A stretch of 63,960 bases of DNA, counting the filler, from Ionaspis alba (lineage: Eukaryota): NCBI GenBank assembly GCA_964255285.1. It is 9 parts of 9 records of this genome, joined end to end, with 100 filler letters (N's around TTAATTAATTAA, not from the genome) between each part and the next. Parts side by side here need not be neighbours in the genome. Positions count along the whole stretch, not along the records: positions 1 to 7,047 come from CAXUUL010000861.1; positions 7,148 to 14,193 come from CAXUUL010000862.1; 7 more parts are not named here. One strand, 5' to 3'. The notes below the pieces were generated by a model. That model did no database searches. It saw only the letters and a list, made by a program, of their open reading frames with translations, and was not told the origin of the DNA. A program made the translations under genes and the position numbers. Shown piece after piece: positions 1 to 11,010 of this stretch (positions are counted from its first letter, which is position 1; each line of letters starts with the position of its first letter).

Positions 1-16
1 GAGCCAGCTGACAGAA

Positions 17-527
17 CTAGGCTGTACGCTATTCTCGCATATTGAGCCGCAGCAACGAGACTCGGTGGCACTCTTCGTGTCCGACTCCTTAATTATCAGA
101 GATTGGACTCGTAGACTCCCGTTGCGATGCACACAGGACTGACTTGCAGTGGCTGAACTCCCAGGTCAAGCATATCACACTGCAGGAACCAAATCGTTCG
201 ATTGTGGTCTTCACTCACCATAGCCCTTCCGCACTAGAGGCCACCAACAATCCAAGATCCTGGGCTGAATCTTCCCAAGTACGATCCGTATTTGTTACTG
301 ACCTATCGATTCAAGAGTGCTGGACGAGCCCACTCGTCAAGCTCTGGGCTTTTGGACATACTCATTTGAATTGTGATAGTCAGGATTCACAGACGAAAAA
401 GAGACTTGTAGCAAATCCAAAAGGCTATCACAGAAGAGAAAATATCACTTTTGACACAACGAAAGTTATAGATATTGACATTGATTCCGAATCAGCAAGC
501 AGATCTTCACACAAAGGGAGACCTTAG
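17..527 (+). pseudogene. Calcineurin-like metallophosphoesterase, C-terminal part, with a +1 frameshift (pseudogene or sequence error); 5' end off contig
   Basis: Motifs LGCTLFS...DWT (frame from 17), then VDS...DLQWL...VVFTHHSP...WAFGHTH...VANPKGY (frame from 111). The two halves are separated by one extra C at 110 (gat tgg act C gta gac). Confidence 0.65.
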
Positions 528-1542
528 AGGTGGAGCATGGCGAGGTCTACACATTGCAAAATTCTTTAGAGTCCTCCCCCAGCTGAGCTAAAGAATGTTG
601 CCCGTAAGCTCGAGCACTGCGTTCAGGCCTTGGAGCGAGCACGGCGCAAGATCGCAATAGGTCTTGAATTATATTTCGCCCCAACCTGGAACCGCCACGG
701 TGCCTTCGGGCACAATATCAGCTCCGGTAGAGCAGATTATGACTTCCAGGAAGCTTCTCGCAGTCCTGCGCAAGCTACACCATAAGCTCTGGTCGAAAAG
801 ACATTGTGAGTGCATGTTTGCTCCAAGCGAAGAAATTTCGCAGCCCGAAAATCGAATTTATCACCGTCCTCCTTCATTTCATATGAAAGCCGAGCCGGCT
901 TCAAAGTAGTCGAATGACATTTGGGAGAGTAAAATCATCACAATAGAGAGCTCGTCATGGTATATGTGATAGTGTTGTGTCGGGAAACGCTGACTCAATT
1001 TGATTCATCTGCGCTCAATTCGAGACAAGGATACTTCGAGACAAGAAGTCTACTTTCAGCACAGCGTTGAGACAAAGAGCTTGATCATTTGAGGTTCGTC
1101 TTCCATTACGATACTCAAGGGTGGAGAACCCCGTGGTTGATTTCGTCCATTCTGCCTGACTCCAAAATTAATCATGGCATTGTGCCTGCAATTTTTTGTT
1201 CAATACCCATCTTGGTCCTCCAGGAATCAAAGAACTTGTGCCAGTTTGCTTCGCTGTGAAGGCGTTTGTATCAATCGTCAAACTTACAATGCCTTGTTAG
1301 ATGCGTTGTTCCTCCTCTGACAGGAACAAAGTCTTTATGCATTACAAGCAAAGCCTTTGTCTCGCAATAATACTTTCAACAGCCCGAGACATCTATATAA
1401 GACATTGGGAAACAGCTTATTATGCCGACAACCAACTTCTCTCACAGGTTACATTGACATCCTTCAAGCTCACTCACTGCATCGGCTTCTCAACCGTCTC
1501 AACAACATCCTTCAGTAACCTAGCCAAGCGATACCAAACGAC

Positions 1543-1692
1543 ATGGTCATGTCAGTCACTGAGATGGTCAAAGCCGCACTGGTGGTGGCTAGGCACGTAG
1601 GAAAGGAGTGGGTCTGCGGCGACTGCGGGAACAGGCTTCCGCACGGACCTCCAGTCAGGTGCAATATCTGTGGATGGTACTACACTGAGTGA
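1543..1692 (+). CDS. Putative 49-aa zinc-ribbon/rubredoxin-like microprotein
   Basis: MVMSVTEMVKAALVVARHVGKEWVCGDCGNRLPHGPPVRCNICGWYYTE*. Contains W-x-CxxCG-x9-CxxCG. TATATAA at 1394-1400 upstream. Below the ORF-track size cut-off. Confidence 0.55.
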   Translation: MVMSVTEMVKAALVVARHVGKEWVCGDCGNRLPHGPPVRCNICGWYYTE

Positions 1693-2175
1693 AGCCGCGA
1701 TGCAGGTAGTTGGAGTCGTGAAGAGGCTGAGAAGTTAGCTTGTCTAGACTTTAGAAGGAATAGAGCACAATTTGTCTTTGCAAACCAAATCCCACTTTCA
1801 TCCTCTCTGTGAATTTCAATTGTTGACAATCTTTTATCAAGTCTTCTAGACGACATCAACGTAGAGCTTCATATGAAGACCTGAACGTCAGCATGGCCGG
1901 AATTTGAGTATTTCTTCTCGCTCCCTCTATAGATAGATTGTAGACCACAACGGCAGCCCTAATCACAAGCATTTAAATCACTAAGCGAGGACTATCCTGG
2001 ACTGCCGTGAGACCTCAACCGGGAAAAAAGTTCGAGGCTCAAAATCACCCCACCGTCCCCACGACTGTAACAAATCCTCCAGCATATTCGGCAATGTTTT
2101 GTCCTGTACATCTTTGTTCGTGATTTTTCTCCGTTCATAGTACTGTGATCGTGGCTCTTGGAGCACTGTCTCATC

Positions 2176-5100
2176 ATGGACCAAACCAAATTCGTTGATC
2201 TTTTGGAGAACGTGCTTGCGCCTGATACCATCAGGGTCAAGGCAGCGACAGCCACGCTACGCAAGGACTACTACTCCTCTCCCGAATCGTTAGCACTACT
2301 ACTCCAGCTTCTCACCTCGCACGAATCCCCTCAACTGAGGCAGCTTGCCGCAACCCAAGCGCGATCGCTCATACCGAAGCACTGGCCCTCCGTACCGGCA
2401 TCTTCAAAGCCACAGATCCGAAACCACCTTCTCCAAGCAACACTTCATGAACAAACATCCTTGGTCCGACATGCTGCATCGCGCGTCATCTCGACCATTG
2501 CCAAGCTTGATCTCGAAGATGGACAATGGACTGATCTGCCTGGACTTATGCAAGCTGCGGCTACGAGCTCTAGCGTGCAGGAGCGAGAAGTTTCCACATA
2601 TATACTCTTTACAATTCTGGAATCTGTCGGTGATGGATACATGCATCGATTTCAGGAGCTCTTCACGCTCTTCGAAAAGACCATACATGATCCGGAAAGT
2701 GGAGAGGTTAGGATCAATACATTGCTCGCATTGGGCAAGATGGCCATGCTCTTGGACAGCGATAATGATGAGCTTTCGTTGGAAGCTTTTCACAAAGCTC
2801 TTCCAAGCATGGTTGCACTACTCAAGCAGGCTATCGATGCTGGTGATGAGGAGAAGACCATGCAAGCCTTTGAAGTCTTCCAGACGCTGCTAGATGGAGA
2901 TCCCAAGCTGCTCTCGCTGCACTTTCGTGATCTAGTCACCTTCATGATCGAGTTGTCTTCACAAACGAGTGTTGACAAGGAGGCTCGGACGCAGGCATTG
3001 AATTTCTTAATCAATTGCGCGATGTTCCGAAAGCTGAAATTTCAAGGGTTGAGGGTGGCAGGACAGCTTACTGCTAAACTCCTGGAGATACTGGCCGAAC
3101 CTTCCGATGATTCCGAGGAAGAGGAAGCAGAAGACAAAGACGAAGACGAAGATGATAGTTTCTCGACAACCCTTCTAGCATTGAGCTTATTGAGTATAAT
3201 GGCCTCGAATTTGCCTCCAAGCCAAACCATAGTTCCACTTCTAGAACTGTTCAAATCGTTCTCCTCAAGTCCAGATCCTCGTCGACGACGAGCTGGAATC
3301 AGCGCTCTGGGTACTTGTGTTGAAGGAGCTCCTGACTTTATTGACGGTCAATTCCACGAGCTACAGCCCATCATTCTACGGCTTCTGGTCGATCCAGATA
3401 TCAAAGTTCGAGAAGCTGCTACCAGTGGCACCAAACTACTTGCAGATCATCTTTCCGAGACCATGGGCAAGGAGCACCAGAAGTTCATGGAGGCATTTGT
3501 CAAGAACTTGCGCCTTGCCATGGAACAGCTGAATGGAAACCAGTCCAAAGTTTGCACGAATATCGTGGTTCATTGCTGTACGGCCATTGACTCGTTAGTG
3601 GAAGGTCTTGAACGAGAAGATATAGCCGTCTATCTTCCGCAATTGGTGCCAAATCTCAGCCATCTATTTTCCCATCCTGAAATCAGGATCAAATCCGCCG
3701 CAATTGGAGCAGTGGGCTCCATTGCCGAATGCGCCAAGAACGATTTCCTACCGTACTTTGAAACGACGATGAATGCTTTGTCGAGCTATATATCCATTAA
3801 GGAGAACGATGACGACCTGTCATTGCGTGCCATGACCTGCGACACCATGGGCAATATGGCTTTGGCCGTTGGCGCTGAATCCTTCCAACGCTATGTTCAG
3901 CCGTTGATGCAATCTAGTGAGGAGGGATTACATCTTGATGACACAAGGCTCAAAGAGACTAGCTACATGCTATGGAGCACGCTAGCAAGAGTTTACGGGA
4001 CGGAGTTCAAAACATTCCTTCCCGGGGTGGTTCGAGGTCTTCTCAAGAGTATTCAGCAGGACGAGAACGACCTAGAAGTTGAACTTGGAGAGGAAGCCTC
4101 AGACCTTGTCGGTGCGGAAGTCGTCATTGCTGGCAAGAAAGTCAAAGTAGTTGAGCCTAATGGAACTGCGGGAGAGAATGGGTCTGACAACGATCAAATG
4201 GAGAATGACAGCGGTTTCGACGACGAAAGCGACTGGGATGACGTGGCCGGGATCTCGATCCTGGAAGAGAAGGAAGTTGCTTTGGAGGCTCTAGCCGATG
4301 TAATGTCGCACACCAAGAGAGAATATCTCCCATACGTGGAGGAAACGATTGAAGTAGTTTTACCTCTCGCTAGTCACACCTACGAGTCGGTCAGGAGGGC
4401 TGCCCTGAGTACACTCTATCGTGCTTACGCTACTCTTTGGGCCCTTCAGAGCGATGAGTTGCAGAAATGGAAACCAGGTCTCCCACTGAAGAACAGACCT
4501 AGCAACGACATCATGAAACTTGGAGAGGTTGTCATGGCGGCAACCCTCGAGATCTGGCCAGAAGAAGCTGATAGGTATGTTGGCTAACGTTGTCATGCAA
4601 TCGGTATCCTGACATAATTTCTTCCTACCTTCACATATTATTATGATGACATATATGTCGTTAACCCCAGCTCACTCAGACGTACAATTGTACGAGTGAT
4701 GCGAACGCGAATCTGTTCCTGATCACAAGCACAAGTTTCTCATCTGGTATCAATTGCATCTGAATGTATTGATACTAACGTGATAACCCACATAGCTCTG
4801 TTGTGCTCGAAGTCAACAGAAATCTCGCGGATACTCTTAAACTTTGTGGGCCAGCTATTATTTCGGGTAGCAAGGTCATCGAAAAAATTACCCAGACCAC
4901 CTTAGCCATTATCAAGAAGCAGCATGCTTGTCAGAAAGAAGGCGACGAATCCGATGAGGAGTTCGACACTCAAGAGGAATCATCCGAAGACGATTGGTAT
5001 GTAATCGATACGGCTTTTGACGTAGTCACAGCTCTTGCTGCGACACTTGGAGAGCAGTTCGGTCAGGTGTGGAAACTCTTTGAAAAGCCAATTCTCCAAT

Positions 5101-5809
5101 ACGCAAGTAGTAGCGACCATAATCAAAGGAGCTCTGCAGTGGGAGCCATCGCTGATGCCATCCGCGGAATGGAAAGTGCTGTCACCCCGTTCACGCCTGG
5201 GTTACTCAAAGCCCTCGTTCATAGGATGAGCGATGAAAATGCTCTTACCAAGTCGAATGCTGCCTTTGCGGTAGGCTTGCTGGTAGAGAATTCAGACAAC
5301 AACGATGTCATTCTCAAAGCTTATAACACGATTTTGGGAAAGCTCGAACCGCTATTTCATGCACGGGAGTCCCGTCAGCTTGACAATGCCGCTGGTGCGG
5401 TGAGCCGCATGATCATGAAGCACCCTAATAAAGTGCCTTTGGGAGAGGTACTTCCAGCACTCCTGAGCGAAGATATTCTGCCTCTCAAAGAAGACTTTGA
5501 AGAAAACGAACCCATCTACCGCATGGTAGTCCACCTATGTGAGTCTTTCCTGTAACTAACCCTTCTCGCTAGTGCTCTTTCTCCCTCGAACTAGGCTTAC
5601 ACGTTCCCGCAGACTCCTCGGGCGAACCCACCATTACAGGTCTCACATCACGTCTGATGTCCATTGTGGCCCAAGTCATGTCGCCTCCCAAGGAACAGCT
5701 TCCGGACGAAACACGAGAGCAACTCACCCAGCTCGTGAAGTTCGTTCACTCACGACAATCCGCTCTTGTTGAGGCTCATCCTATCTTGTTGGCTGCTGCT
5801 CAGGCGTAA
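2176..5809 (+). CDS. KAP123: Importin beta-4 / karyopherin Kap123 (HEAT repeats); exons 2176-4574, 4796-5538, 5613-5809
   Basis: Importin-beta N-terminus (PDTIRVKAATATLRKDYY...LRQLAA), HEAT repeats, acidic loop, NAAFAVG...DNAAGAVSRM, and LPLKEDFEENEPIY. Introns GTATGT...CTAAC...TAG and GTGAGT...CAG restore the frame. Confidence 0.93.
4640..4725 (+). ncRNA. snR71: Intronic box C/D snoRNA, snR71/SNORD29-type (predicted guide for the LSU rRNA Am2946 equivalent)
   Basis: Lies in the 221-nt KAP123 intron 1. C box ATGATGA 4643-4649; guide CCCAGCTCAC complementary to LSU rRNA GUGAGCUGGG; D' CAGA 4677-4680; palindromic stem CGTACAATTGTACG; C' GTGATGC; D box CTGA 4719-4722. Confidence 0.8.
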
Positions 5810-6174
5810 ATGCTCTGACATTTCTTTGATTTGTTGCATAGCACATCGGTTCTTAAATACAACGACCTGATGAAGGTATGACGTATGTTTCTTCGATACC
5901 CTTAGAATTTGAACGGTAAGTTAGGGCGGTTATCCACTAGTGGTGGTGTTCTTGGTTGTGAGGATGTTGATAGAAGGCAGTTTCGCAAAGACTGGGTACT
6001 CGTGGTCGATCCGTAGCATATTATGCACTGACGACTGTGGAGAGACCATAAAATATCAAATGAAAAAAGCCTTCTAATGCTCCGTGAGTATCTTGTCACA
6101 GCATCTAGGGAATTCATAAACCACTCCAGCACTCCTATGCAGATGACCCACTAAATATTTCAAGCCGGTGAAGT

Positions 6175-6850
6175 TTATCTTTTCCTTCGGCCAATAACCT
6201 TGGTGAATCCATCCTCATCGACTTCAGGAGGCGGGGGCTTCTCTTTCACCTTCACGACTTGTTCCGCCTCCCCTATCCCCGTATCTTCTCCTTCTTCTAC
6301 CTCTTCCGACTCATCGCTATCCCAATCCGTATCCTCCCCTTCCCGCTCACCTTTATCCACAGCTTGTACTCCGGCCCCCTTTCTCTCCCTTTCCTGCCAC
6401 CGCGCCAGCATCTCATCCACCTCCCGAAAATCCCCTCTCCACACTAGTTTCCTCAATCCGACAATCTTCGCCGCCACTATCTCTGCACTCCCGTCTTCCA
6501 AGTGGGTCTCAAACTCATCGTTCATGACTTGTAGCAGGAATTCCTCCACATAATCCACATCTGCATCGGGTGTTTCTTCCATGAGTGTAGAGACAGCGCC
6601 AGCAAACCAATCGCGCTTCTCGGAAGAGAGAGGACCACCCCAAGAGTTCTGCACGGCGATTGTGAGAGCTGGCCAGGAAGAGAGACTAAGGGCGATGGCG
6701 AGGTCGTATTTCGCGGCGATTTTTCCTACCTAAGTCAGATAGGTAGATCGGGAAGAATCAATCAAGAGCTCTACCTGGGGACGGAGGAAGAGAAACGCCA
6801 CCTGATGGCAGAGGAGCTACTGGACGTATCGAGGTGGCTGCAGTCGCCAT
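6175..6850 (-). CDS. TSR2: Pre-rRNA-processing protein TSR2 (WGG domain), one intron
   Basis: WPALTIAVQNSWGG...EKRDWFAGAV...EF...EDGS and C-terminal VDEDGFTKV. Short first exon from ATG 6850, then a GTAGAG...CTGAC...TAG intron. Confidence 0.92.
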
Positions 6851-7047
6851 TGTGAAGCATAAATGCAGTAGTATTGTGTCTCGGGATGCACTCTACGCGA
6901 GTGGCGGAAGGCTACTTTGTAGGGTTTCCAGTCCAGGGAGCCATAGTGCACGGACCAACGCTTAATTGTCCGCGTCTCCAACCTCCAGCCTGCGCGAAGT
7001 CCTTAGCCGGAGCTTCAGATATCATAACATCGACCTCTCTAGTACAT

Positions 7048-7147
7048 NNNNNNNNNNNNNNNNNNNNNNNNNNNNNNNNNNNNNNNNNNNNTTAATTAAT
7101 TAANNNNNNNNNNNNNNNNNNNNNNNNNNNNNNNNNNNNNNNNNNNN
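7048..7147. other. Artificial scaffold spacer (N44-TTAATTAATTAA-N44); identical spacers at 14194-14293, 21340-21439, 28476-28575, 35607-35706, 42730-42829, 49831-49930, 56907-57006
   Basis: The same palindromic six-frame stop linker sits between N runs each time. Intervening segments never increase in length along the window. Confidence 0.98.
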
Positions 7148-7161
7148 GACGCCAATGACGC

Positions 7162-9810
7162 CTACGCTGAAAGGCCTCTCTTCTCGCTCTCTGAAAAGAA
7201 AATAATCATACGCCATAGCTTCTTGACCAAAACCTCAGCCTCATCATCCAACGCCTATGTGAGGGATTATCAAGTCAGCCTTTATACTGGTATCTGGCAA
7301 TTTATTGTGGAGAGACAAGAGATAATTATCAAGGGTGACAAGAAGTAGCGAAAGAAGACAGAGACTGAACTCACCCCTTCAAGTTGTTCCACCAGATCCT
7401 GAGGCTGGCCTCTTGTCCGAATATGACTCTCCACGACCTCTACCAGCATTTGTTCTTGCACACCCAAGTACTCCACGATCTTCTTCTCCACGAATGGCTT
7501 CAACTGCTCTCCTAGCACGGTCTCGTCCACGAACTCCCATTTGACAGGCCAGTTCCACAAGCCCTCCTTGTCGGATGGGATATCACCAGCTAATTGTCTT
7601 GCTGCTTGTGCCCTCTCCTCATCAGTCAAACCCGAAGCTTCGGCCGTACTGTCGAACTTGATTGGTATGAGAGTCCGCTTCGTCGATGTGTCGGCTTCTT
7701 CTTCATCTTCCAGTAGACCTTCGACTTCAGCCACAGTCCTCCGAGTTGTAACAGCAGCTTGAGCTTTCTGTGCTGCAGCACCAAGCGAAAGTTTGAAGCG
7801 CTGAGGCTCACGAGGAAGCTGAGATCTTGACTCGAGCTCGATAGCTTGCCGATTGAGGAAGTCATCGGCCATGCCACGAGCTTGAGTCTGCTGCTGCAGA
7901 TCGCGTGCCTTCTCTCGGTCTTCAGCAGCACGGTCCAAATCGTCGAGATTTGCTTCTCGACTTCGAAAAGTGGCACGATTTCGAATCCACAGACTGCGAT
8001 CGAGATAGTACTCCTCAACTTTTCTGGTAGCCTCGGTGTCGTCGTTCCATTCTCGAAGCCGCTTGGCCACAGCCTCCTTCTCTGCCTCCTTCTGGCTTTC
8101 CTCCTCTTTATCTCGTTTCATCTCCCTCTCCACTGCTGCGGTCCTGCTTCGTTCTCTATTCAGCCATCTGCGCTCTTGATCCAGATACAGCTTTTCAAGC
8201 TCTGCCGCCTTCTTGTCTTTTCGCCTCTTCTCTAATTCCTCGTCACTTGCGTCGCTATCCTCATCCTCACGATCGATTGATCCTGCACTGGTACCATTGA
8301 CTCCAGTGCCGTTGACGAATGCGACACCTTTTTGGTAGTCTCGAGGAATCTGCGAGCCTTGATATCCCTTTGGCCCAGAAGGCGCGTTGGGAACACCTCG
8401 GTCTCGTGGACCGACGGGTATTCCATTGGCGCCACCTGCTGGCCCGCTTGGCGCCGCTGGAGGTGGTGATGCAAGGCGACTTGGCCGGGGCTGGCCTAGA
8501 TTCCTTTGTCTTTCCAGGGTTTCGATCTCTTCTTCTCGTTTTAGACGCTCCATGTCACGACGATTGCTTCGGTCTCGAAAAGCTGCGATCTCTTTAGCTA
8601 CGGTTTCTCGCATCTCTGCAGGAATATCCGAAAGCTCGTCGTCAATAGTGAGAGGAATGGTGACAACTTCGGCGTTTGGATTTTCATCGCCATTCTGCAT
8701 CGAAGAGTCCCCATCACGATCGACAGTAGAGAGATCGTTGGTCTGTATCGGAACAGTCGGATGAGTAAGATCTGTCAGAACAGCGGCGAGAGAGCTCTTG
8801 GCAGCATCTAACCTCAATTGGGCCTGTATCGGGTCCTGGTCTCCTCTTGATGCCTGATATTGCTCTAGATAGTTCAAAGAGCCATCATCGATTATAACCT
8901 GACGCCATACGTTAGAACCTTTCCCCGTCAGTTACACGTGTAGCACTTACGAGTAGACTGCTTTTTTCGACCTTGACATCATCATGACCATCTTCATTCT
9001 TCGCACCATTTGCAGATTGTGGCTTAATAGGAACCTCCACGTCTTTCAGCACATCTACGGCTGTAGCAAGACTTTCAGGATCTTCGTACTCAGCAAAGCC
9101 AAATCGACAAGCCTTATTGTCTGCGTCCATAGCCCGTGTCCAACGTTTCAAATTGCCCGCGCATCTTAGTATTCGCTCGATTCCTTCATCCCCGCCTGAG
9201 CCTTCTGTTATGCCACCAACAAATATTGTACGCACAACTTCGTCCTTTGATGGAGGTACCAATTGCATCATGCTATCACGCAAAGCTTGACGTTGAGCAT
9301 CCATGCTTTGTCCGCTCCCTAACCCGGGACGTGCCGATCTAGGCTCCATGTTACTATCTCTTCTGCCCGACTCTCCTCCAAGAGGCGTTGCTGGCTTTGT
9401 AGGGCCGGTCGTCCCCAGGCGTATCACAGGGGCAGAGAAGTTGATGTTTGGCATGTTCGCTGGCGGTTGAAAGTTTGGCGGAAATCCTCCAGGGCGGCCT
9501 GGCTGTTGAGAGTTGGATTGCTGCATACCGGGCGCCGGGCCTACGCCAGGCGCAGATATGCCAGGAGGTGCTACATCTCATCAGCTAAAGTTCAGGGAGA
9601 CAGAAATTCAGTTGCATACCGATAGCAGGTGGGGGTCCCATGCCCTGCGGCCCACCTGGCTGAGCAGGGAAACCGCCAAAGCCTGGAGGCCGACCATATG
9701 GTGGGTTGCCTAGATCTCTCGTGAGTATGATTCTGCATTCAGAGGCGGAAACGCAAAACTATGGGAGGATCACTCTCTGCGAGGTAGTCCTTACCTGGGA
9801 AGTTATACAT
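7162..9810 (-). CDS. SNU71: U1 snRNP-associated protein Snu71/Usp107/RBM25 (RRM, charged coiled coil, PWI domain), multi-exon
   Basis: RRM (TIFVGGI...FGFAEY), R/E-rich region, PWI domain (IPSDKEGLWNWPVKW...KIVEYLG...LDDEAEVLVKKLWRMIIF). First exon ATGTATAACTTCCCAG|GTAAGG; stop TAG at 7162-7164. Confidence 0.9.
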
Positions 9811-10167
9811 CAGGTATGATGGGGAAGAGAATCGTGGACCAGTGAGGAGGCCTTGGTTTGAGGTTACGTTGACTCTGTAATTGGTTCAAACTAGACGGTA
9901 AAAACGCGATCTTCATAGACCGCTTCCTGCTGCTATTGAAGTTTGGTGTTGCGGCTCGAGCTCATGAGTTTGTTCTTGTAGGGCTGAGCAGGGATCGTTA
10001 GAAACTGATCTTCAGTTTTCGAATATTTTTGGTCAGGTCGTTTGCGACCTGCTCAAAGCCACTCGTGATGGATAGGTCATGCGAAGACTGATACTATACT
10101 TTCAGGTATGTTCACCCCTAAACCAATTCTCTAAGAGTATCTGATTGACAGATTCCCCTTTCAAGAG

Positions 10168-11010
10168 ATGAAAGCGCAACGCTTTGGAGACGTACTCTTG
10201 AAGTCACGGACACCACCACTATTCTCCTTCCTTACACCATCCGTTTCCACTACAACTTGGTCTTCGACCGCCTTGCAGGCAATCTGTCAAGAAAGTCGAT
10301 GTCAACAATCGATACACCGGCGAGGGTTCGCAACTCAAACATCTCCACTACAGGCCTCGGCCGCGACTGCTGCGAAGCGGGAAGACGATGGATACAGTGG
10401 CACGGCAATTCCATCTCGGACGCGGCCAAGCTCTAAGACGGACAGCGTCCATAACTTATTGAACAGCATGAAATTACCCAAGAAGGCGGCATCTGATCCA
10501 CCTCCGAGATCGCCGGTCTTCAACTCCCCCTCGCAACTCAATGCAAACAAGCGATCATCGCCCGGTCTCGTCCATACGGCCATTTCTCAGGATCAACGCT
10601 CCCGAGATCACCTTCGAAGGCGAGAAGGAAGCATTGCGGATGAGATGATGTTCACACCCGAGGAGGAAGCTGTGGTTGGGTACAATGCGCAGAACATCGT
10701 CAGCCGCGAAGCCACACGGAGTATTATTCGGGCGAAGCCACCATCGCCTCCTATCCGTCTTGATGCTTTCGTGGGGCGAAGCGAAGACGTGGATATCACG
10801 AGGGGTATGGATTTAGCAAGGTCGATTCGGAAGCTGGAAATCAAGTGTGCATATAATAACGTGAGAAAGGACTTCGCCAAACAGAGGTTTCACGAAAGAG
10901 CGGGTTTGAAGCGAAAGCGGCTGAAGAGCGAACGGTGGAGGAAGAGGTTCAAGGAAGGCTTCCAAGCTGTCGTGAAGAAGGTGAAGAAGATGCGGAAGCA
11001 GGGATGGTGA
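10168..11010 (+). CDS. MRP21: Mitochondrial ribosomal protein bS21m
   Basis: Basic presequence-like N-terminus. C-terminal S21 motif N.VRKDF..QRFHERAGLKRKRLKSERWRKRFKEGF...MRKQGW. Confidence 0.9.
   Translation: MKAQRFGDVLLKSRTPPLFSFLTPSVSTTTWSSTALQAICQESRCQQSIHRRGFATQTSPLQASAATAAKREDDGYSGTAIPSRTRPSSKTDSVHNLLNSMKLPKKAASDPPPRSPVFNSPSQLNANKRSSPGLVHTAISQDQRSRDHLRRREGSIADEMMFTPEEEAVVGYNAQNIVSREATRSIIRAKPPSPPIRLDAFVGRSEDVDITRGMDLARSIRKLEIKCAYNNVRKDFAKQRFHERAGLKRKRLKSERWRKRFKEGFQAVVKKVKKMRKQGW

Noticed and set aside
7092..7103. Regularly spaced TTAATTAATTAA palindrome as a biological repeat or CRISPR-like array
   Set aside because: Always embedded in N runs; it is a six-frame stop linker.
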